Assembly: GCF_001194135.2 (NCBI RefSeq)
Contig: NC_068998.1
Span: forward strand, 42,029,189-42,068,729
Direction of reading: 5' to 3'
DNA length: 39,541 nucleotides
Source: Octopus bimaculoides
Taxonomy: Eukaryota
The position numbers and the translations under genes are program-made. Within the stretch, counting starts at the first letter, position 1. Each line of letters opens with the position of its first letter. Below the pieces are notes generated by a model that did no database searches, was not told the DNA's origin, and saw nothing but the letters and a program-made list of their open reading frames with translations. Positions 12,256-22,544 of this stretch are shown one piece after another.

Positions 12256-13029
12256 TTGGGTAATCCCATGAATAATGCGGGTTTTTTTTATACATCACTA
12301 TTTTTCAAAATTAAGATAAAGTTCTTTTTTAATCTACCCTCCCCCATTTTCCACAATGTTCTTCATCTATCTGGTAGACTTGCCAGGCCCCTTTTCTAGA
12401 ATTCTTTTGACCGTGACGAAAAAATACTCCCCGAGTACTGTTCAGACCGCGTCTACTGAATTCATATTTTTCCGTCCAAATGATTTTGAAGACTGCGGAA
12501 TAAATGATAATCAGATGAGACGATGTCCGGTGAATATGGTTGGTGGGGTATCGTTTCCGATTCAAACTGCTCCAGCCTTTGGAATGTCACCATTGCAGTA
12601 TGTAGCCGAGCGTTATTCTGATGGAAGGACACCTTTCGTCTTGAGACCAAAGATGGCCGATTTTTCTTCTAGCGCTGTCAGTAGATCTCCTTTGTCATCG
12701 TTTGATTTGGTTTTAAAAATTCAAAGTAGACTAAACCTTTCATATCCAACTAAACAGATAATAACAATTTCATGGCTTAAGACCTTCTTTATCCTGGGGT
12801 ACCGATGTTTCTCCTCTCCATAATCACTGTCTTCGACACTTGACATTTTTATAGAGAGCCCATTTCTCATCACCAAACACTATTCGGTTGAAAAAAGAAG
12901 TGACAGGAAAGAAGAGCACACATTCACAAATTGCGCGCAATTACAGTCGGGAAGTTTATGAGGAACCCATTGAACGAATCTGCTGACTTTTCCGATGGTA
13001 CGTATGTGTTGATGAATAGCTGAATGACA
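12256..13029 (-). mobile_element. Mariner (Tc1/mariner) DNA transposon, decayed, running into a gap
   Basis: TA at 12254-55, then a TIR-like TTGGGTAATCCCATGAATAATGCGGGTTTT, followed by transposase remnants. Confidence 0.9.
12329..13029 (-). pseudogene. Mariner DD34D transposase pseudogene
   Basis: Minus-strand motifs in order: WVPHKL, RIVFGDEKW, FHQNNARLH (second catalytic D to N), PHQPYSPDIVSSDYHLFRSLQNHL. There are in-frame stops and frameshifts. Confidence 0.92.
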
Positions 13030-13468
13030 NNNNNNNNNNCACATTCTGATTGAATCCTCTTTGCGCCAACATGTTCCTTCATACGACAATGTAACCTTTT
13101 ATCTGATCAAGATGTCCTTGGCTTGAAGTGTAACTGGCGGCATAGACCTTGCTTGGATTTCACAATTTCTGAGCTTCCGCTAGCTATGCAGCCCGGATTT
13201 TTCTTACTCCATTCCATAACTCTAGTATTCTTTTTCGCACACTCAGCAAACCTGGTCGCCTACCGTGGAATATAAAAAGAACTTTTTTCAGCTGATTGTT
13301 CATCGATAAAAGAAAAAAAAATAATAATAATCTGCAGCCTTCCGTCCCCATTAATCACCATTGTTCCTGAAAGTTGTTTTTCATATATTCACTGTCGGTT
13401 CCTCAAAAGTAACTTTCTTCCTACATCTCAATCCCTGAGCCTTACATTTATATATATATATATATATA

Positions 13469-13805
13469 CTCTCTTTTACTCTTTTACTTGTTTCAGTCAT
13501 CTGACTGTGGCCTTGCTGGAGCACCGCCTTTAGTCGAGCAAATCGACTCCAGGACTTATTCTATGTAAGCCTAGTACTTATTCTATCGGCCTCTTTTGCC
13601 GAACCGCTAAGTTACGGGGACGTAAACACACCAGCAACGGTTGTCAAGCGATGTTGGGGGACAAACATATACACTGACACACATACATATATACATACAT
13701 ATATACGACAGTCTTCTTACAGTTTCCATCTACCAAATCCACTCACAAGGCTTTGGTCGGCCCGAGACTATGATAGAATATACTTGCCCAAGGTGCCACG
13801 CGGTG
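13469..13805 (-). mobile_element. SINE family A, best-preserved copy (5' end lost in gap)
   Basis: CTCTTTTACTCTTTTACTTGTTTCAGTCAT...CTTGCCCAAGGTGCCACGCGGTG; used as the local reference for the other copies. Confidence 0.9.
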
Positions 13806-14344
13806 NNNNNNNNNNNNNNNNNNNNNNNNNNNNNNNNNNNNNNNNNNNNNNNNNNNNNNNNNNNNNNNNNNNNNNNNNNNNNNNNNNNNNNNNNNNNNNN
13901 NNNNNNNNNNNNNNNNNNNNNNNNNNNNNNNNNNNNNNNNNNNNNNNNNNNNNNNNNNNNNNNNNNNNNNNNNNNNNNNNNNNNNNNNNNNNNNNNNNNN
14001 NNNNNNNNNNNNNNNNNNNNNNNNNNNNNNNNNNNNNCTTTGCCCTCGCTGCATCGATAATTATGTCTCTGAATATAACCAGATTAGCAGCTTTATACTT
14101 TCTGGGACTTGAGGTAACTTTTTAGATCAATATTAGCGTAAAATTCACGGTTACAGCGGGGACTCGTAATATGAAAGTCTGGACTCAGACAGATTCTTGC
14201 TTTCTATGTCGCCGTCTTGTCTTTAGCTTATCTGGTCTTTTCTAATTCTGAGTGCTATATTTTGGAGTACACAGTACTATGACATAGTGAGTAAGACGTT
14301 CCCAGGTAGACTGTTCTAAGTTATGCTTAGGAGGGACAGAATAG

Positions 14345-14442
14345 TTACCCCGCCGGACAAAATGCCCAGTGGTATTTCATCCGAATTTACGTTTAGAGTT
14401 CAAATGCTGCTGGGTTTCAATTTGCCTTTTATCCTTTCGGTA
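14345..14442 (+). mobile_element. SINE family B fragment
   Basis: CGCCGGACAAAATGCCCAGTGGTATTTC...GAGTTCAAATGC...TTTGCCTTTTATCCTTTCGG matches 4590-4680. Confidence 0.6.
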
Positions 14443-14794
14443 CCTATGTCTCCACATTGAAGAGGAAGACTGGATTTACTTAAGGATATGCACCCACTAC
14501 TGGTTGCATATCCTTGACCTAATGCACAGTCCATATGCCAACAATATTACCTACGCCTGAGCACCCAGAAACAGCTGTCGGACCTGTAATACCGTATCTT
14601 GGTCTTGGTGTTTTTGTGCTCTGTGTAAATCTTCTCTGCTAATATATAAATATTCATATATTTATACATGGCCTTTCAGATACTCTCCAACTTTGTTTCT
14701 CTCTATTTAAATGTATATACGTATGTGTAATTTGTGTTGTAGCACAAGCGGTTTTATTTGTTTATTTGTATCATTATTTCCATATCTGCTCCAT

Positions 14795-14855
14795 GATAAA
14801 ACTCCGAGTTTCGCATTTCCTGGCGGAAACCCACGCTGGCATCTCTTCAGTTATC
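14795..14855 (-). ncRNA. Minimal type I hammerhead ribozyme motif (HHR-3)
   Basis: Minus strand: stem I GAUAA/UUAUC (5 bp); CUGAAGA (14850-14844); G10.1-C11.1; GAAA; stem III AACUC-G-GAGUU; GUU triplet. Confidence 0.65.
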
Positions 14856-15036
14856 GGGCCATCGAAAAAAATGCTATGAAAATGACCGTTAAAAGAAAGG
14901 GAAATTACTGTGTGGTTGACCGTTATTAAGACAAAAGAACTATTAGAATGACCGCTAATAGGGAGTAAAAATGTTCATAGTAATTGCGTAAAATCTAGGT
15001 CTCTTTCATTCTTTTGTTGTCTTGCCATTTCCATCA

Positions 15037-15084
<48 letters not shown>

Positions 15085-15499
15085 NNNNNNNNNNNNNNNN
15101 NNNNNNNNNNNNNNNNNNNNNNNNNNNNNNNNNNNNNNNNNNNNNNNNNNNNNNNNNNNNNNNNNNNNNNNNNNNNNNNNNNNNNNNNNNNNNNNNNNNN
15201 NNNNNNNNNNNNNNNNNNNNNNNNNNNNNNNNNNNNNNNNNNNNNNNNNNNNNNNNNNNNNNNNNNNNNNNNNNNNNNNNNNNNNNNNNNNNNNNNNNNN
15301 NNNNNNNNNNNNNNNNNNNNNNNNNNNNNNNNNNNNNNNNNNNNNNNNNNNNNNNNNNNNNNNNNNNNNNNNNNNNNNNNNNNNNNNNNNNNNNNNNNNN
15401 NNNNNNNNNNNNNNNNNNNNNNNNNNNNNNNNNNNNNNNNNNNNNNNNNNNNNNNNNNNNNNNNNNNNNNNNNNNNNNNNNNNNNNNNNNNNNNNNNNN

Positions 15500-15535
<36 letters not shown>

Positions 15536-15964
15536 TATACACACACACATATATGCATGTATAACTACCTATCTGTCTATTTATCTACCTATGTGTGTAT
15601 AACTATATATATTGTCAAAGCTATTTACGCCTAATTGTTCTATGACTTCGAAATAACCTTTGGCACTAAATCCCACAAAATAATTACAATAAAATTGAAT
15701 ACTTTATGAACACTAATACACCTGTCTTTGTCTGTGAAATTCTTTGCTCGATTCTTTGCTACGAAGCAATTTGTGAAATTCTTTGCTACGGAACACAGTA
15801 TGACACAGTCTCTGATCAAAAGGAAATCAGTGACATTAAAGAGAAAGAAAAAAGAAAAAATGATACGAACGGTCCTAGAGCCAGCCTTATGAAATTAATT
15901 CTAATAATAGCAATTAAAATCTTTTAACGTCTTCTTTCTTCACTGTGTCGTTGTCGTTCGTCTT

Positions 15965-15992
15965 CCAATCATCACAGTCATCATCATCGTCA

Positions 15993-16026
<34 letters not shown>

Positions 16027-16284
16027 GTGGTCGTCATCGCGATCATCGTCATCCTCATCACCGTGATCTTAATCGCCTTCTTCTTCTTCTTCTTCTTCTT
16101 CTTCTTCTTCTTCTTCTTCTTCTTCTTCATCGTCATCATCATCAGCATCATTGTCATTATTGTCATCAGCATTATTGCCATCATTATCATTGTCCTACTC
16201 CTCCTCCACCTCCTCCTCCACCACCTCCTCCTCCACCACCTCCTCCTCCACCTCCTCCTCCTCCTCCTTCTTCTTCTTCTCCTC
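15965..16284. repeat. Compound trinucleotide array (TCA/TCG/TCT/TCC/CCA)
   Basis: Read directly; it explains the homopolymeric ORFs in the track. Confidence 0.95.
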
Positions 16285-16857
16285 NNNNNNNNNNNNNNNN
16301 NNNNNNNNNNNNNNNNNNNNNNNNNNNNNNNNNNNNNNNNNNNNNNNNNNNNNNNNNNNNNNNNNNNNNNNNNNNNNNNNNNNNNNNNNNNNNNNNNNNN
16401 NNNNNNNNNNNNNNNNNNNNNNNNNNNNNNNNNNNNNNNNNNNNNNNNNNNNNNNNNNNNNNNNNNNNNNNNNNNNNNNNNNNNNNNNNNNNNNNNNNNN
16501 NNNNNNNNNNNNNNNNNNNNNNNNNNNNNNNNNNNNNNNNNNNNNNNNNNNNNNNNNNNNNNNNNNNNNNNNNNNNNNNNNNNNNNNNNNNNNNNNNNNN
16601 NNNNNNNNNNNNNNNNNNNNNNNNNNNNNNNNNNNNNNNNNNNNNNNNNNNNNNNNNNNNNNNNNNNNNNNNNNNNNNNNNNNNNNNNNNNNNNNNNNNN
16701 NNNNNNNNNNNNNNNNNNNNNNNNNNNNNNNNNNNNNNNNNNNNNNNNNNNNNNNNNNNNNNNNNNNNNNNNNNNNNNNNNNNNNNNNNNNNNNNNNNNN
16801 NNNNNNNNNNNNNNNNNNNNNNNNNNNNNNNNNNNNNNNNNNTATATATATAATATT

Positions 16858-17172
16858 GTGTTTTGAATGGCACAACAATGCACTATAATAACTGTTAGTC
16901 TGATGTAAAATTTCGGAATACAAAAATGCCTTCTTCAGATATCCCTAGGAATTGATCGAGTCACTGCTATAATCGGATTTCCAACAGTCTTTTTTTCTTC
17001 CGGAGGCGTCTCTTCAGTGGTCTCACGAAGTTCCTTCCGGAATTCCTCATGAGAAGTGCGTGAGGGCGGCTATGTCTCAAGCTTGAGACATCAGACTATC
17101 GATGATTAAATTATAACGGTTATTATAGTCCATTGTTGTTATTATAGTACATTGTTGTGCCATTCAAGACAT
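16858..17172. mobile_element. MITE/foldback-like element with long imperfect inverted repeats
   Basis: 16858-16891 is 31/34 identical to the reverse complement of 17139-17172; 16896-16906 is the reverse complement of 17088-17098. Confidence 0.65.
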
Positions 17173-17410
17173 TATTTTTTACAAACAATACACATTGCTT
17201 CAAGAGAACTACAATACTCTCATATTATACATTAGATGCAGAGAAGTTCCACTCAGGCAGACTACGATATACGGATTTAATATATTAGAATTGTCTAAAA
17301 CATATATTAATACATTGAGAATATAAAGATTTAGAAATATAAGAATATATATAAATGTTAAAAATATGGCAGGACAAATTATTAAGTGGTTTGGTGAGAT
17401 TTAAAAAAAA

Positions 17411-17506
17411 TTTTTAAATTATAACCAAGTGGAAATTTATCTTTGTACTATATAGTACAATGATATAGTACAAAGATATATTGACACTTAGTTATAATTT
17501 TAAAAA
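17411..17506. repeat. AT-rich inverted repeat with about 42-bp imperfect arms
   Basis: TTTAAATTATAACCAAGTGGAAATTTATCTTTGTACTATA versus TATAGTACAAAGATATATTGACACTTAGTTATAATTTTAAA. Confidence 0.8.
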
Positions 17507-17986
17507 TAAAAGAACTTCCACCAGCCTTCTTAATAATTTCCATAACTCGTATAACTTTTATATAAAACATAAATTAATACTTTCAGAATAATTTAATACA
17601 TTTCTGGCGCAAACACTATTCTTTTCTTTTTCCCTGATGATGGGAGCAATCTTTGGAAGTGAATCGTAGGATTCACATGTACTCTTTGAATGAACTCTAG
17701 AAATGATCGTCGGAATATTTCATTTCCTTTAAATATGGTACCAAAAACTCTTTTTAAACATCTATAACTTCCTCCATTCCTATATTTCATTATTCTGATC
17801 TATATTTTTATTCCTATATTTCATTATTCTGATCTATATTGTTATCTATACTCTATTATATTTATATATATCTATATATTTATTTGTCCTTGCATTTTTA
17901 ACATTCATATATTTTTAACATTCATATATATTTTTATGTTTCTATATCTTTAAATTCTGAATGTATTAAAATATGTTTTAGATGTT

Positions 17987-18055
17987 TGGGACTGAACTCA
18001 AAGCTTAATAGTTACAAAGTGATATTCTTAACCACACAATCACGATTGTATTTGT
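17987..18055 (-). mobile_element. SINE family A, decayed head
   Basis: TGGGACTGAACTC...CTTAACCACACAATCAC is a diverged reverse complement of the head. Confidence 0.5.
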
Positions 18056-18541
18056 TGTCTCCCATACTACTAAAGTGTCCACCGCAAGCCACCCCATCCC
18101 TCCGAGACGGTTGGCTGTGACATGAGGTAGACACGATGTTGCTATTCCTAGCGCCTCAAGTAACCGGCTTGTGGTACTTTTATTGTCTGGACGTTCAATT
18201 TAATGGTTTCAGTATCTTCGCTATCGAATATACTTTTAGCCTTTTGTTATTGACGCTACAGGAGCTGTTGTGATAGATGGCTGTTGTGGTTGTTGTTGTT
18301 CTTGTTGTCGATGTTATTGTTGTTGTTGCTACTTCTCAGACCTTCCTGTAGAATCAATTGCTATTAATATTTCCCCGTCTCCTCCGTTCTTTGATTTAAG
18401 ACAAGAAATATGAGATTTAGCGACATTTATCATTGTCTCCTTCTTTCTCCTCCCCTTCTTCTTCTTTTTCATTATTATTAATGTTGTTGTTTTGCCTCCT
18501 GGTGCTGCTGCTGCTCCTACAGCTGCTGCTTCTGCTGTTAC

Positions 18542-18572
<31 letters not shown>

Positions 18573-18705
18573 ACAACAATGCTTTATCTCCTGCCAGAAA
18601 CAATAGAGCGCTTCGCTCAAATCTTAAGAAGCAAAACATTAAATCTATGCAGTCACCTAAAAGCAACAGTTATACAACTAATATATTAGTACTGCATGTC
18701 TGTGT

Positions 18706-18727
18706 TTCTCTCTCCCTCTCCCTCCGG

Positions 18728-18773
<46 letters not shown>

Positions 18774-18857
18774 CTATCTCTCTATCCACCTATCTATGTA
18801 TCTGTCTCTGTCTAACTAACTATCTGTCTGTTTATCCACCTGTCTATTTTTATGACT

Positions 18858-18925
<68 letters not shown>

Positions 18926-19054
18926 CTCCATCTCTCTATCTAACTCTTTGTATATCTATCTAGTTATCTGTCTGTCTGTCTGCCTGTCTGCCAGTCTGTC
19001 AGTCTGTCTGTCTGTCTGTCTATCAGTCTATCTGTCTATGACTCGATCGATCTA

Positions 19055-19100
<46 letters not shown>
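18706..19100. repeat. Two consecutive compound microsatellites (CT)n-(CTAT)n-(CTGT)n, then (GT)n
   Basis: Read directly. Confidence 0.95.
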
Positions 19101-19103
<3 letters not shown>

Positions 19104-19171
19104 AAGAATATATTTATAATATTAGTATCATGTAAGTATGTACGGTTTCTAAATATATTTTTTCTCTTGCA

Positions 19172-19212
19172 TTAGTTTCAGTCATTGAATCGTGGCCATG
19201 CTGGTGCACCAT
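19172..19212 (-). mobile_element. SINE family A, 3' tail fragment
   Basis: GTTTCAGTCATTGAATCGTGGCCATGCTGGTGCACC. Confidence 0.65.
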
Positions 19213-19702
19213 CGTATTTCACAACACAAACAATGTAAGCACACACCGTAATAAATAAATTTATTTGACATGTTTGTTATAACTTCCATTCTATATAAGG
19301 AAAACTCAAAAAGAAAACGAAAAAGCCATAAAATATAGTAAATTAGTATATTCTAAAACATTAATTGGAATTTTAATTACTTGATATCTGATATGGAAAT
19401 GTAAGCATGGTAATGAAACTTAAGAATAGATGATAAATATAACGATAAGAGAATAAACGTCTTTTAAAATTAGAATAATGATATGACAGTATAAGTATAT
19501 ATGGTGGTTTTTTCATACATATATATATATATATTTATAATTATATGTATTTCTTCTATCTTAATGAATAATAATTCTTCGGATAGAATAAATGGGTTAA
19601 TAGAAACCAATGTAGCAAAGAACACAAAATAACTTTGGTGTTGTTCCTGTTTTTAAGGCAGGAACTCCTTGATATTTTGGGTATTTGAGTATATTTAAAA
19701 AT

Positions 19703-19778
19703 TTAAGGAATGGAGAAAACGCATGTTATAATTGCATACTTTATTCCTACATATGCTTCATGCGTTTTCTCCATTCCT

Positions 19779-19781
<3 letters not shown>
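19703..19781. other. Perfect 23-bp inverted repeat with TTAA ends (micro-MITE or hairpin RNA)
   Basis: TTAAGGAATGGAGAAAACGCATG (19703-25) and its exact reverse complement (19759-81). Confidence 0.85.
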
Positions 19782-19815
<34 letters not shown>

Positions 19816-19939
19816 ATATAAGTATGTATGAATATGCGCGTGTGTGTTGTGTGTGCACGTGTGTGTGCATATGAGTGTTTATATAGATGCATGCCGTTAA
19901 TGTGTTTGTAGAATTATGCTTGGAGTGTTGATGATTGCA

Positions 19940-20107
19940 CGTCTTTAAATGGTGCAGGCGTGTCTCTTTGCTATAGAAGTTCCGCAAAAGTGTCTGATAG
20001 TACTAGACTTTAAAACATAATCACTGGGTTCAATACATTCGACTAAAAATTGCTAAAGGCATTGCCCCAGCATGGCCTTAGTCTAATGACTGAAGCAAAT
20101 AAAAGAT
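19940..20107 (+). mobile_element. SINE family A, decayed 3' half
   Basis: CATTCGACTAAAAATT...GCCCCAGCATGGCCTTAGTCTAATGACTGAAGCAAATAAAAGAT parallels 10435-10508. Confidence 0.65.
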
Positions 20108-20615
20108 TTTTTAAAAAATATAAAAGATATGCAGATATAAATGAGACATCTTTACAAATATCACATATTTATGTTTAGGTATATTGGTTTCAAATTTTGG
20201 CACAAGCACACATATTTCGGTTATCTCTACTGGAACACATATTGTCTCCATGCATTGTTTTCACCGACTTCAACCAATTCATATATATTTTCTGCCTATC
20301 CCGAGGAAAGCGTTTTCGATGTTCACTTCTCATAGAAGTATCAGCTTTGTTTTCGTTTTCACCATATTACAAGTTCGGGTTTTGGTGTTAAAAACTGAGA
20401 GGTGACAATTGCCAACAGGGACAACTGAGAGTCCCCAATGATCCCTCTCATTTTGAATCATCCTTATTCTGAAAATGGTTGACTTGCAGCATTCCCCTTC
20501 CTTACAAAACTTTATCTTGCTATGCTCCACTACCTGTGGTTTTCCGTCGTTGATAATTAGAGCCAGTACATCATGCTGCACAGATCACTCGCGTCTATTT
20601 TCCAACACCTTAAGT

Positions 20616-20855
20616 CAGTGGATCTCAACTAGGGTTCATATGGCCTTTGGGAGTCTATATAAGATTTTTTTGCTAAAATTTGTGAAAGGAATTGCTTACA
20701 CAAAATATTTCAACAAGTTTTTAAAAGCAACTTATAGTAATATTTAATCATAAAAATATATTCTTTTTTAAACATTGAATGGCTATAAGATCTCTCCCCT
20801 TGAGTAGAATAGGATCTAAAAGGGTCCATATGCATATAATGGTTGAGAACCACTG
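20616..20855. mobile_element. hAT-superfamily MITE (Charlie/MER5-like ends), 240 bp
   Basis: TIRs CAGTGGATCTCAAC / GTTGAGAACCACTG (13/14), flanked by a perfect 8-bp TSD CCTTAAGT at 20608-15 and 20856-63. Confidence 0.93.
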
Positions 20856-22427
20856 CCTTAAGTGCTGGACTAAGAACCATGTCATAGACGGAGCGAGTCG
20901 TAAATACTATTCAGGCTACTTTCTATGACTAAATTCTTCCATCCTACTATTCTCCTAACGACAAACTCCTCCCGTTCGGTACACTGTCCCCACTAGCTAG
21001 ATTGTAGCAACTCCACATAGTGGTTTTTCACCTCTTCTTTCTTTGCCTGGTTGGTTATAATCAAAACACTTCTTGGTACTGTTCACGTTACATAGCGATT
21101 CTTAATACAATATCAATTCTAGAAATTACACACATATTATAGAGAATGCATTCAACAATTATAACTGCTGGGCACTGCATGTATACTATGTAGAGTAGGT
21201 TCCATATAATAGCACTACTGAATATTGAACATATATTTCATAAAATTCTTTGAACAAATTAACTTTAGGATGCGCTGTATGCATATTACAATAAGTTTTT
21301 CCCCAGTTATTATACAGTTAAGCTCTGCATGCGTCTTATGTAAAGTACACTAAATATAATGGTACCACTAGGGGCTGTAAATATGTTACAAAGAATACTT
21401 TCAACACAATAAGAAGTAAAATAAAATGGCGCCTACATCAGAGGCGGAAAGAGCTGCGCCATTTTGTATATTGAAGAGAAACGCATTAAGAATAAGGGAA
21501 CTGATATAATTATAAAAGTTATAATGTGCGTGGATGCGTTTGGATTGTGAATGATATATTTATGCAAGTATATGTGTGGGAGATATTGTGCATGTGTGTG
21601 TGTGTGTGTGTGTGCGTNNNNNNNNNNNNNNNNNNNNNNNNNNNNNNNNNNNNNNNNNNNNNNGTGTGTGTGTGTGCGTGTGTGTGTGTGTGCGTGTGTG
21701 TGTGTGTGCGTGTGTGTGTGTGTGCGTGTGTGTGAGCCTGTAACACTGTGTATGCATGTAGCTGTGTCACTGTATGCCTGTATGTCTGCATGTCCGTGTG
21801 CATGTGCATTGGTGTATGTGTGTGTGTGACTGCAAATGTGTGTATGTATAAGCATAAATACGTTTGTGACCACCTCTGCATCAATGTGCTTAGAAATATC
21901 GGTATTTCCTTGATCATGGAATCAGTAATTCGATATATCTGCGAGTGATATTTCTGCAGAAGAGCATATATTCTTAAAGTAATATTCCTGGCATACTTTA
22001 TATTACCATAATTATTGTGTTTGCTTAGTCTGCGATTGTAAGACAGGGAGCATATGGAGACAGACAATAATCCAAATATTCCTCATCCCTGATCGATCTC
22101 CTTCTCTTCTTACCTCTGTCTCTTTCTCTCTTTAACTCTCAGTCTCTCTCTCCTAAACTATCTTTCATTCCCTTGATACTTATCTCCATCTCGTCTCTCT
22201 ATCTTTCTAATTTTCTTGTTCTTTCCCCTCAAACATTCCTCCTTCCATCCCGCTTCCTTCTCTGTCTCATCCCCCTCACTCTCTGTCCAGCTCTCGCTTT
22301 TACTCATTGTATAACTCTTTTTATCTGTTTCGTTCTGTATGGGTTAATTCCTTACGTACTTAGTGGAATTCACAAGCCGTCAAAATGGCGATTGTGAAAA
22401 AAACAAGAACAACAACAATAAAGGGGA

Positions 22428-22486
22428 AAGCGACAGCAACAACAACAACAACAACAACAACAATAACAATAACAACAACAATAATG

Positions 22487-22543
<57 letters not shown>
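22428..22543. repeat. (AAC)n-(AAT)n microsatellite
   Basis: Read directly. Confidence 0.95.

Positions 22544-22544
<1 letters not shown>

Noticed and set aside
16900-17020. Two minus-strand CTGAAGA...GAAA strings
   Set aside because: Stem II closing pairs are mismatched, and stems I/III are not credible.
20900-21090. LINE endonuclease-like peptides (RRGEKPLCGVATI, LVGTVYR) on the minus strand
   Set aside because: Motif spacing is wrong and stops intervene; not supportable without a profile search.
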